Shown: positions 36,481 through 64,000 of the stretch, piece by piece
How the letters are laid out: each line of letters opens with the position of its first letter
How positions within the stretch are numbered: the stretch's first letter is position 1
Assembly (NCBI GenBank): GCA_030141605.1
Contig: JAQGDQ010000428.1
Span: 135,337 to 199,336, forward strand
Length of the DNA: 64,000 nt
Reading direction: 5' to 3'
Source of the DNA: Tubiluchus corallicola
Lineage: Eukaryota > Animalia > Priapulida
Made by a program: the position numbers and the translations under genes
Notes under the pieces: model-generated
What the model was told of the DNA's origin: nothing
The model's database searches: none
The model's input: the letters and a program-made list of their open reading frames with translations, nothing else

Positions 36481-39400
36481 GGAGGCCCATGTTAGTAGAT
36501 TCTAACATTCTACAAAGTTTCGTGTTTTTAAAGCAAACTGTGCGAGTTTTCATCTTCCTGTTGAGCTGTCATCTTGCACTATCCTGCCAGAGAGTGCAAC
36601 TGCTTTATAGAAAGTCTACTTGTGTTGCTACCTGCAGTGATTGTAACTAAACAGTTCGAATAGTTTGATCCATCAGTTAAAATTCCCGCAAAACTTTAGC
36701 CATGGACAGGACAAATTACAACAAAAATTTACTGTACACTTTACAAAAGAAGATGGTGGTAAAAAAGAATGGTGGAGAAGAGAAGAGAAACTTCTGAAAG
36801 TAACCAATTGCACTAATGCCTAATTGACCGACTGTCTGGCTAACTGACTGATCATTCTTTTTTGCAGGATAATTCCGGGTGAGCATACATATAAACCACA
36901 GAATATGACATTTGCTAGTGCGAATATAAAAATATCTGATGCAAGCAAGAGAAAACTTGAATAGATAAACGCAAAACATTTTATCGATCTGGTTATTGTC
37001 GTTTTTACTGTGGTGCGATTCTTATACAATAAACTGTGGATAATTTGCGCTTGTAAAAAAGATTAGGCTGTATTTGTACGCCAGGCTTAGTGCGTATGTT
37101 GGTTTAATTTTGTTTTGCTCTAGTGATGCGCAGGTAGAAATGATTAGGCTGTGTGGTGTGGTGTGGGATTTTAACTTGAAGAAAGCTGGGCATTTTTAAC
37201 AATAACATCAAGAAAAAAATGATAGGCTCGTATTGTCATATCTTTGTAGCAGACAGATCAAATGGTAGCTTGAAATTGCATTTTCTGTAGCCAGAGGATG
37301 TATACATAATGGGTACACATGGTTGGGACACCGTAGCCGGTTCAGTGGTTCATCTTAAAAGGATTTTGATGATTATAATGAGCAGGGTCCGAGCGGGTAA
37401 TGCCACAAGCATTTCGTTGGTAAAGCCCTGCCCTTGATTTCGGCTTGTAGTGTGTGATGTATAAAGACATTATAATAGCTTTTATTTTACACATTGAAAG
37501 TACCAAAAATATAAATGAAATAATAACAAAATGCAGCAATAAACATTTGAACGATAACTTTTGTAGCCTTTGCTTCATAGAATTACTTTGTAGAAAGAAA
37601 TATTTCAAGTTTTTGTTTGTAGAGCCGAACGTGAAGCAGATGACCCAGATGATTATATCTTTGTCATCCATGTTGTTAGAGGACATTATAGCGATATAAA
37701 TTTATTATGATTTTTAATCAGCTTTACTTTCCCAATTCGAAATTGTTAAAACCAGTAGTACGAACTTTTCAAATGGATAACAAATGTCTAAATAATGCGC
37801 ATAGACTAAATATGTATAACTAATAATTTATTGTTACCTTTGTAGTTCTTCAGTTTTGACTTTTATTTTGACTAGAAATCGGTGGGTTTTTGCAGATTGT
37901 AAATCACCTCTTCCTTTCAATTTTTAAATTAATCACGCGAAATATTTTGGCAACCAGTCAATTTTCTTCATTCGGGACATTTCTTTTAATCGTGACATGC
38001 TGTTAACTATCACTTTCCTAAAAGATTTGCGACATTATAACTACAGCTGCAAAAGTCCTGCTTGGATGAAATCGGCCAAAATAACGTTGACGAAGTGCAA
38101 ACAACAGAAAGCAATTCCACGATTCCAGTAAAGACATTACAAAAAAAACGTAAAAACTCTATCATCTAGTGTTGTAAACTCTATTTCACTGAGTTTATCA
38201 AGTGTGGTAAACTCTGTTTCACGAAGTTTATCAAGTGCTGTAACAGCTGTCAAAACGAAAAAGAAATTTACAAACACGATTATTAATGAGCTTGGTAAAC
38301 ATATTAACTTTATAAAGTTCTTTTTACAATCGTGTAATGTCCAATTAATTATTCGTTTATGAGAAGTGTGGGTCACAGCTGGTCGCTTAATAACGTCAAT
38401 TAGCCGAAACGTCGTGAAAATCATTCCAGTCTATAATCAGATAAAGTTGCTCAGTTAACGACTTGACTGTGAAATATGAATTATTTTAATTTAATTGTGT
38501 TAATTATGGTTCAGTTTTTCAAAAGCTACAGTAACCAAGCGGTTATGTATATAATAATTATGAGGTTTCAAGCGGTGTTGAAGGAATTCAAAACTGGGTA
38601 TAAAAACTCAAATAAAAACAAAAAGCAGCAACTAGAGCGAGGTTCTTCACATTCTTTTATGAATCACGTTAACTTTTATAAAAGATACATTATAGATTTA
38701 AGTCAATAAGTACGGCAATAACGAATAACACACAAAAATAACTGCACATTATAAACAGCGAGTATTAAACTATCTGAATTTACCTACATTTTTCATTTTC
38801 TTACCAAAAAAAAACGTTTTACAATGTTTAAAATCATTCAAAGTTAAGGAAAAAGTTAGCTACAATGTCACTCTCCTGCTACAACCATTATTGAGAAACA
38901 GTTGGGTTTATATCTGTAGGTCATATGGATAAGGCTCTTAATAATAATACATAAAGAGAGAAAGCACAGAAATTGATAAAAAAATATACACGGAAAAACA
39001 AAAAGTGGATAAAAGAAACTAAATGGTCAAACGAGTGGATAAATGAATAAATAACTGAATGAAAGATTGAACAAGTAAAGCGAATAAATGAATGAAAGAA
39101 CGGATGGATGAATGAAGGAGTTTATGAGAGCACGAATGAGTTAGTGGGTGAACGAATACGTGAAAAAAGCGAATGAATGGAGGAAAGTTGATCTTGATGT
39201 ATTCTGTAACTATTGGATCAAAACAGCAAATTAATGAATGTATTCTATATGGCCAATGGTGTTCCTTTAAAGTTAATCAGGCTTTAGAACCACGGATGAA
39301 ATGTGTACTATCATGCATACGAACTAAAAATGCATATGAAAAATACTTAGTACAACTGTTTATTTTACAAACGTAACTTTTTAACAAAATAAATAAATAA

Positions 39401-39587
39401 ATAAATAAATTGCGCTGAGTAATATGACCATTTATATTATTATGTCTAATGCAGCCTGACAAGAGTACAGCCCTATATTCTAAGAATACAACCGATTAAG
39501 TGGGTCAGGTGAACAAACCATAAGTATATAACATTTATTACGAAAGTTATAAAATTAATAAACGAGTTATTAACAACTATTTAATTA

Positions 39588-55294
<15,707 letters not shown>

Positions 55295-55840
55295 CTGAAA
55301 TAAATAATATAAGATTAAGTTTAGAAATATTCGTACTGTTAACTAAATTACATTCTCAGACAGAAGTTATTAAATGAATAGTTATGTTAAATTTCATATG
55401 ATTGCATCTTAAACATCGTACAGTTTTTATTTTGTAAATCTACAGTTCGACGAAAATTGCAAGAGTAGCAAAATGGAATTAAATGTTGCAATTTGACTTA
55501 CGGTTTTTAATTTTTACGTGATTTTCGAGTGTACGAGACGATTGGGACTGACCTACGTTGTAAAAAGCTGAAAAAAACACTAAAGTGCAAAGGAATTTTT
55601 GCGCAGTAGGTCTACACATTACCGTGTTGTGTTCAAAAATAAGGCTATATACCTCTGTTAGTAATTTCTAGGACATTGGATTAAAACTATTTAGAAATTA
55701 AGACAGACATGCGAGGACAGATATGATAAACTAAATGATATCCGTGTGCATACGCGTTAGCAATTAGATGCTATACTTTTCATCATCAAGATGCTTATTA
55801 GACGACATTTCAATGTCAAGAAAGTTAGCTTATTACACCA

Positions 55841-55949
55841 ACGGACTATACTGTCTCGAGAACCTATACCTTCATTAAGTAGTTACCTAGAAGTTAGTTA
55901 GCTAGTTCTTTAGTTAGAAGGTATAGGTTCTCTAGACTGTATAGTCCGT
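55841..55949. repeat. Fold-back element: 33-bp inverted arms with a 43-bp spacer (mini-MITE)
   Basis: ACGGACTATACTGTCTCGAGAACCTATACCTTC versus GAAGGTATAGGTTCTCTAGACTGTATAGTCCGT (2 mismatches). Confidence 0.8.
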
Positions 55950-57321
55950 GGTTCTAACCATGGGGGGAGTAGTAGATTATTTTATCAACTTAAGATGTAA
56001 CAAATATTTACATTTATACGTACATTTTAGATGTAAACAACTAATAGTTATGAAATATTTAATGCTTTTTAGGCAAGCTACGCAAAAAGAGTGGCAATTA
56101 TTGCCTTTTGCTTGTGTTTAAAGAAGATGGAGGTTATATCGAACAATTTTCCAAAAAATAATAATCAAATTCGTTTCATGATGTTAAAAATAAAAACGTG
56201 TTACATTAAAGAAGTGTAAAAATTAAACGTAAATACAATTGTCGTTTGCCTCGTTTTTAATTTTTGCTAGGAGACTGTGTACATGTGCGTATTCATATCC
56301 GCCCACGCAAATATTGTTGGATTAGCCCAGGATATTCAGAACATTTCTTAAAGGAATTCAGTTTAAACATAGGCTTACATAGGTGACACAACGTATCATA
56401 AAGAGAAAATTAGTAAATTTAATTATGGAAAAGATCGTTGCTAGAGCAGATGCACAAGATTCTTTCAAGTGCATTAGGAATGACACTGTCGCCCCTCTGT
56501 CAACAAACGTCTCCTCGGTCGCCCTTGCAATGCACAATAATAAGTTAATCGCATTTTATTTTCAAGCATTCGTTCAGTTCCGTAACATCGCTGAAAATTG
56601 GCCAATTTCCTTTTCAAGAAATTTATTGGAAAGAGTTGAGAGACTGACGGCAGCCTAAGGAAACTGCACGACTAACGCGAGCAGCAGTGTATTAAACTGC
56701 ACGAGAATCGTTTATGTCTATTCTCTGTCTGCATTTGGTTTGCGAAGCTGTATAACAATCTGCATAATCATTGCTAGCGTAGCATGCTATCTAATTTACA
56801 TAACCCACAAGGCTTGCTAAACAAGGTTCAGTATAGAAACACTGGTCTGAGGCCGGCAAAGTAAAAAAACCTGCGAATTTACAAACTCGGGCAGTTCATA
56901 ATCACATGCCAAAAATGTCTGTTAATATTTTATTTTTCTACAGAGAAGGAAAATCTGCAGCATGAAAATTCATTTTATAAAAAAACCGTTATTGAAAATT
57001 CTTAAGCTCGAGATTTAGGTCAAATAAATGAATTTCTTGCTCAATTTTTATATCTGAAAACCCGTCCGTCCCACCAGTGCCGCACAGGCATACCACGTGT
57101 GGATGTGTCATTGGTGACGTCAAAAGAAATTGCTCAATTTGGATCGAATCTGCATCGAATCCCTGATTCAATATTTACACTGTGTACAGGACTTGGTACA
57201 GACGAACAAAAGTAACTGAACAATAATAAAACGAATGGAAGTTTTCAACTTAAGTGATTTGATCATGATAACGCAAATGGTTCTGCATTGTAAACGCCAT
57301 AGGCGCAATTTCAGTGATACA

Positions 57322-57628
57322 CAGGGCCAGATTATCGTACAGGGTAATACAGGCTGCGGCCTGGGCCCCCCAAGCTTGGTGGGCCTTCGAGCTTTGATAA
57401 TATCACGGTTTCACTACAAAAATATTTTATTGACAAACAGAAGATAGTCGTTCTAATTTATTTAAAGAATCTCCCACGAGTTTTCTTCAAGCCATGTAAA
57501 TGTCGCAATAATATATCACGAGTAAAAAGTATTCAAGAAGGGTGCGGGCGAGTGACAGGATGGCTCCGTCTAACGGGGCCCATAATTTCATTAGCCTAGG
57601 GGCCCCAGAAGATCATAATCCGGCCCTG
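57322..57628. mobile_element. hAT MITE, 307 bp
   Basis: TIRs CAGGGCCAGATTAT / ATAATCCGGCCCTG; GGGCCC subterminal repeats; TSD degraded. Confidence 0.8.
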
Positions 57629-58552
57629 CACTGATGCAACTCATATAAGGGCACATATATTCGCTGACTGTTTCACCTTTGTCATTTCTTTGTGTTTTCT
57701 AAATGCTTCACTAGTACCGAGGTTTCATTTGAAGGCAACTATTACAGCTTTGATAGCTTTATATTGTTTGAACAAAATTTTCGCAAAAAATTACGCGAGT
57801 TTATTCCGAACCTTTGCGTTTGTAACGTTTTATGTTAACAAGGTAGAGGCACTTCAAACAACTGTTCTTTTGCAGCAAAACATGCACAGAGCAACACGCA
57901 GAAATGGAAAATCTCAACCAAACAGAGCGCAGCAAAATGGCCGCCGTCTAATCACTTTGTTTTTGAACAGGCGTTTTAACTTTTTCCTGACATGCGTAAA
58001 AGTGAAGTTTTTTATTCACACCATTAATTAAAATAATATTGCTAGAGAAAAGAAAAGGCTTCTACTACGGCTTCTCAATTTTTGCTTATTAAAATCCAGC
58101 ACATAGCATTACGTCTTGATTAGCATAATAAATCATGCTGAACAAATTACCTGCAAAGAATTCCTAGCGATTGAGAAAAATTTGCTGCGTAATAAAGCAT
58201 ACGCTACAATGAGCACGTTATGGTTTTACTTTAATAGACAAAACCATCACGCGTTGTACGTACGTGAATATTTGCAATTTTTTGAAACGAATAATTAATT
58301 GAAAATGGTAAAAGGTAAAATTAAAAATACCTTCCGAGCCGAGAATTACCTAGAAACATACACACCCCGTGGGTGAAATAAACTTTCGTGTTTTGATTTG
58401 CGTAGGTGCAAAAATAGGTAACTTTGCTTTTGGTGCCAAGATTATTATTAATGATGGAACAACTACAGTTAATAATCTTTATTTAAAGTTGGCTTAGTTA
58501 ATTATATTTAGATACCAAACTTGAAAGACTGGAAATGTGAAAGAGCTAAGAT

Positions 58553-58620
58553 ACAGGCTGCATTTGAACCAGGGATCATTTACTAATAAGGCAGACTTCT
58601 TAGAGCACTTGGCCACTGTA
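58553..58620 (-). mobile_element. tRNA-derived SINE head or tRNA pseudogene fragment
   Basis: Minus strand reads TGGCCAAGTGCTCTAAG (A-box-like) ... GGTTCAAATGC (B-box-like) at Pol III spacing; no clean cloverleaf. Confidence 0.45.
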
Positions 58621-59214
58621 TTTCCCAGTAATCAAGGTAATCCAAAGTCCAGATATACAGTTTTGTATCTAAATTTAACTAATTCCGGATATATCCCATC
58701 ATTTGCGTTTAATTAGCTGATTAAGGCAGCTGACCTGTGATGGATGAGAAAAATGGTTGACTAATTGATTGTCGAGCGACTGACAGACTACCTAACTGAC
58801 AGACTGGCTGATTTTTAGATTTACATTTAATATTATATTTCAGACTTTATAAAGTTCATATACACATCACAAATTAATACAAATAATACAATAAATTATG
58901 ACATACAACAATAACACAAATAACGATATAACAAACTACGCCAATGATGTCTAACTACAGAAGTAAAGTTTACATCGCTGTTTAAAATGCTCTTGCATTT
59001 AATATTTTCACTCTTATTGAGCTTGACGAATAAACTGTATGCACATTTTCTGTGAATCACAGCAAAATGAACAAGATTAAGTCTTGTAGAAATGAACCTG
59101 GTGCTCGTATCTTATGAAAAGTTAAACAGCTTCCGTGTTGATACATTATACGCAACCTTGAGTTTGCTAAGAAATAGACATACAACAAAAAGTAGTGCAG
59201 TAAACATTAAACAA

Positions 59215-59636
59215 AAAATACATCGCAGGCATGAATGTTGTTCGTATGTTCAAAGGCAAGAAAGACTTAATATTTTTGTTGCTCATTTATTGTAAAGCAA
59301 GGCTAACTGGCTTAGTTTCTTTATTATACTTATGTCTCTGTATTTTAAGTGCTTTGAAACTTTGTCTCTACATTCTGTTTAAACTGAAAAGTCATTTTTT
59401 GGCTACTTGAAGTGTTAATTTCGTTTAAAAATAGTTGCTGCTCTGCAAATTAGAGTCTATGAAAAACTGCAGTCAGTTTATCTGCTGATTAGACATTAGT
59501 TGTGACTGTCATGTTGTTTAGTTTAGTTCAGTTTAGCTTAGCAGTTGTTGTCCTGCGTGAGCCGTTGTCCCGAATGCTACTGAGCGTGTTTACGTTGCAG
59601 CAGGGCGGAGCGATAGACCCACTATGTTTGACGTCA
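59215..59636 (-). repeat. Interspersed repeat, inverted partner of 19531-19940
   Basis: Reverse complement begins TGACGTCAAACATAGTGG, as at 19531, and stays colinear for about 410 bp. Confidence 0.85.
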
Positions 59637-59719
59637 CTTGTCTCTTCAAGTTAAGTGAACAGTGAGTAACTTTCATGAGTAATTTATTTGCCCTGCCATA
59701 GTAAATTGAACATTGTAAT

Positions 59720-59940
59720 ATATCTAAATTATCTCTATTGTCTATATCTGGCTAACTGACTGACTGACTGACTGACTGACTGACTGGCTTGCTGGCTGGC
59801 TGGTTGGCTGGCTGACTGACTGTGACTGGCTGACTGACTGATTGACCGGTACAAAAGCCCTAGAAAGGACAAACAGTATACATCTAAATTTCTAAAAGTA
59901 CTGGTAAATGTATAGAAGATTTCCAATAAAACTTGCACAC
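59720..59940 (+). mobile_element. HINE/DINE-like fragment with internal (GACT/GGCT)n microsatellite
   Basis: Tetranucleotide array 59753-59845 followed by GATTTCCAATAAAACTTGCACAC, the typical HINE arrangement. Confidence 0.45.
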
Positions 59941-61020
59941 AGAAGAAAGAGCATATGGACCAACATGTGATTTACAAAATGATTCTAAGACACTGATCGA
60001 TGGCTAAATGCTAAAATAGTCAAATTTTGTACGAAATTTATTTGTTAGGGATTTAGCAATGAAACTCTTTTGACCTTCAATAATAAATAACAGGGTAGAA
60101 ATGCATCAGGTCGCATTTTAGAATTTATTATAAAGGATTTTCAGAAAAGACAAAAATAAATGTTCCCTTTTCATGTGATGAAAATCAGTGAAGCACTGTG
60201 TCAATTTGCCCAATTAGCAAAATTACGAAATCTGAAAAGTGCATCTAGTAAATGTATGTACTTTTTTTATTCATTATTAGTGTAATAGAAAATGACGAAA
60301 GCAACATTAAAGCAAAACGAATGAAAAAGGAAAGACACAAAAATGTTAAAACTTAGTTTTTTCTTCAAGTCAGCTTTGTCATTTATTTTAATATTTTCAA
60401 GTGCATGTGCTTGACTGTTTGATGGAGATATTTTTTCTTTCGTACGACCTATGATTGCACATTGTTAGAGCTAATCTCTGTCTACTTATAAATTAAATAA
60501 GCGCAGTGATTCTCAAATTCAAAAGTTTGATAATTTTCTTCACGGCAGCTGTCAGTAGGTTTCCTCGCAATGTCATCTATAGCGGCTTATTACACGAATA
60601 ATTTTCCTGGCTCACTTCTCATATAATTCGAAAACGTCAAATATTGTCTTAATTGATTTTAATGCCGTGTTATCAAGGACTGTGTGTTTTGAACAAGCTT
60701 AATGCCTGGCAATAATTAGCACGTTGTGCATTTATTGACCATTATTCGCTTGTAGTGTTCGTCCTTGTGTGCCAGTATAGGACGAATTCGTTACGACTAA
60801 TTTGCATCCTCAGCGAAAAGCAAATTAAAAACATTAAAGGTTACTATAATGACGCGTGTGGTAGGCTTAGTCGAATTCTAGAAAACTATACATGAGGTAA
60901 CCACTAATGTGACGACCTCTCTTCATAAATGTGAAAATGAAAATACAAAAGATGAACTAGGAAAATGCGAAAGCTGGCTGTCACTTCTGTAGTTACCAGA
61001 CGGTATTGTCTAGTGGTAAG

Positions 61021-61080
61021 CAGGGCCGCATCAACACTTTACCACGCCCCAGGCTGAGAATTCTGTCCCGCTCACCTCGA
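61021..61080 (+). mobile_element. hAT MITE left-end fragment
   Basis: CAGGGCCGCATC...CGCCCCAGGC start resembles the other hAT MITEs; right end not found. Confidence 0.35.
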
Positions 61081-61946
61081 TTGTGAATTTATGGTTTGTT
61101 ATGTAATAAGCATATTAAACAATTACTTATGGTATATTATAAGAAATATTAACTAACCTAGTTTCTACGTGGTCATTGTATTTGCAAAACGCTTATATTA
61201 AAGCAGGTGCAAAGATATTCCACACATCAAAAAATTGAAATAAAATGGTAAAATATGATGTAGCCATGCATATATTGTATGTTTTATATATGATATACAA
61301 GCATATCTCTTGATAGCTTTATCAAAATGTTTCATAAGTTTTTTTCAGTTGATGAACATACGATCATCACTAATGCATTAAAACACAACATTTTGTTAGT
61401 TATGGCGGATATATCATCATATTTCGATATATGCACACTTATTAAGTAAATAAAAGGCGTGAACGTTATTATAACTGCACGTTTGTTTTTCTTTTTTAAT
61501 AATTGTGTTTTTGTAAAATGATGAAGAATACAAGACAGTGAAAATACTGAATATGAGTTCCATAAAAGTACCGCTTTTTGACTTGAGATCCGCTTTTCAA
61601 CTCGCTATGTATAGTCTTGCATCAACCACCTCAGTTCCTGTTACGTTAATAAGCACCTATGAAAGCCTATCGTGAGCTTCAACAACTAATATTTTGCTGT
61701 TAAACTCCAAAACTAGTCCCTGCGTTTCAGTGTCGAGTAACTTGTATCTGAGAAATTGTGCAAAAAACTACGTTGTTGTTGTTGATACTATGCTACCATG
61801 CAGCCATTATGCAGTACTGGTTAAAATCGTTAAAACGTCCCTCCCTTATCCTTACAACACATGATGGACTTTCAAGAAAAATGAGTTGTGTCATTGTCTG
61901 GCTAATATTCTGTGGTTTAAATGCACGAAAACAGTCCATTAAGCAG

Positions 61947-61947
<1 letters not shown>

Positions 61948-62028
<81 letters not shown>

Positions 62029-62031
62029 GTA

Positions 62032-62120
<89 letters not shown>
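61948..62120. repeat. (AAT)n microsatellite
   Basis: Seen directly. Confidence 0.97.
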
Positions 62121-63205
62121 TTGCAAACGCGAATAATGAAGCGATCAGGTAGCTTTCTCTTAATCATGTTAAACAGTCATATCACTACAATAATCGCCTA
62201 ACACAATATTCGTTTCAGTATAATGTACCTGCCCCAGGGGTTTCACTTCAGATAAATAGAAAGCCATAATAACGCAACTGCGGATATTAAAATTACTCAT
62301 TTATACGGAATTTCAATAGTAGGTAATTTAGCTGCTACCTCTAGCAAACCCTAAGTACAGTGTAGTAGGACTTCATTATTCTGCAGAGTAATTACCTATG
62401 AACGTACGTGCAGCCAATTCTGCGATTAAAGGGTCGTTTGCCCTTTAACTGTTTCTCTGTAAACAAATACATCGAAAACAAACAATCACATTGTAACGAA
62501 TTTTAACAGAACGACTGAATTAACGCTTCCGCTGAAATTTCGAAGAACAAAAATAAAAGATCAAGGTCACCCAGAAATTTAGGAAGCCGTATCGAGATAC
62601 AGTCAAATTTGACAAAAGAATTGGGTTTAATACACAACATAAATAATATAGTTCTAACGTTGATAATTCTAATATGAGCGTCATAGAGCAAATTGTTAAT
62701 AAATTTATATTGGGAGGAGGCTGCATGCATTGCACATGATGCATACAATCGAATGTAGAACCTGCGCAACTGTACCTGCGGTTTTACCAATTTGAAAACT
62801 ATATTTTTATTATGTTTTTAGCCTTTTTACCAACTTGAAAACCATGTTTTTATTGTGTATTTAACGTGTTTTTCTTTGCATGCGATGCAAGCGGCAGTAA
62901 TCGTCTAACTTCATGTTTCCCTACTTCGCTTTAAATCAAAGGCTGCGGTGATTTATCGGTGACTTAGAGTGCTTTGCTTACAGAAGCCGTGTGACCATTA
63001 AGATTCAACTTGCAACGTTCCATCCACCCTCAACATAACAAGCTTCATCACTTCCAAATCATTGCACGTTTATTTTTCTCCACTCCAGGCGATATGGCAA
63101 CATTTTATTCATATATATCAAGTGCTGAAGTGATTGATTGCCCTTCAGGAGGTAATGCACCTAATGGCACAACACTGTAGTGTAAGTTCTATGGCGAACA
63201 GTTAA

Positions 63206-63813
63206 AGGAAGACAGGATAATTTTTCATATACTACCCCATTTTCAAGTCCAATAAAAAGTACACATTTTAACACGATTGATACTGCAAAAGCGTTTCTGA
63301 TAATAAAATAGTAAATTAAAAACTTAATTAACGGCAGCGAGCCCAGCTATTGATGACATCACTAACGAATATAATTTTCAGCAGCAAAAATATTATACGA
63401 GCGTGTTGCACGTGTTTGGGAAAGCGAAAACTGAAGTACAGTGCTACTGAAAAATATTCAGTGTGTTCTACTAAAACTACGCAAGTTTTAAGATGAAAAT
63501 TCAAATTTAAAATTTACTGCTGTGCTCACGCATGAGCTGTCGAACGTGTGCAGTACATCACAAACTAACACATCTGAAGTGAGAGGTACAACACCTGTTT
63601 TTGTGTAATGCGTTTCCGAAATGCAGGTCGGTCTAACGAGCGAATGACGAAATACATGAAACAGCGAAGAACTAGTGGCCCGAACGGGAAATTGTGTTTG
63701 TGTGGTTACAATTCTTTCACGTAAGTTATTTTTGAAACAAATAGTATGTTCCTTTTCGATATTTTAAAGAGCAGATGGTTTGACCTACAGTTTAAGATTG
63801 GATCTGGTTTTCT
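63206..63813 (+). mobile_element. Kolobok-like non-autonomous element, copy C (full length)
   Basis: TTAA|AGGAAGACAGGAT ... ATCTGGTTTTCT|TTAA: terminal inverted repeats with TTAA on both sides. Confidence 0.75.
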
Positions 63814-63817
63814 TTAA

Positions 63818-64000
63818 AGGAAAACCGGACCTGTAGGTAAAAGCTGTAGGTCAAAACAATCTACTCTTTAAAATATTGAAAGGAAACACTATTTTTTTAA
63901 AGAATAACAAAATTAATACGACACAAAAGTAATTCCGTGTTCCCGCGGCTAGTTCTTCGCTGTTACATGCATTTCACCATTCGTTGGTTAGATGGGCACT
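63818..64000 (-). mobile_element. Kolobok-like element, copy D, inverted and tail-to-tail with copy C (runs off the window)
   Basis: The reverse complement of 63818-64000 matches 63630-63813 (e.g. CAGCGAAGAACTAG, TATTTTAAAGAG, TTTGACCTACAG). Confidence 0.75.

Noticed and set aside
61758-62201. 147-aa poly-N ORF and its partners
   Set aside because: (AAT)n microsatellite.
55295-64000. 5' exons of MEAK7
   Set aside because: No minus-strand segment with suitable splice sites and MEAK7 N-terminal similarity was found; they probably lie beyond the window.

Overview
AT-rich, intron-containing DNA from an invertebrate animal; nothing prokaryotic (no operons, CRISPR arrays or rRNA). By hand-splicing GT-AG exons I reconstructed four protein-coding genes. 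(1) STIM, minus strand: 5 exons covering signal peptide, EF-hand and SAM; the rest is not in the window. (2) LAMTOR1, plus strand: complete, 167 aa, head-to-head with STIM. (3) A 16-exon CLC Cl-/H+ exchanger with two CBS domains, minus strand: about 853 aa, with an atypical GPEGP motif. (4) MEAK7/TLDC1, minus strand: 7 exons, 5' exons not found. Introns and intergenic DNA hold hAT, Harbinger and Kolobok-like MITEs, Gypsy and LINE fossils, HINE-like and tRNA-SINE fragments, short tandem duplications and long microsatellites. Most ORFs in the supplied track are antisense shadows or repeat artefacts. The most interesting signals are a cluster of lysosome/mTORC1 genes, the STIM-LAMTOR1 bidirectional promoter, the GPEGP-type CLC, an ambiguous STIM 3' end and a CpG-content boundary. 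I cannot demonstrate a wholly new system from the sequence alone.
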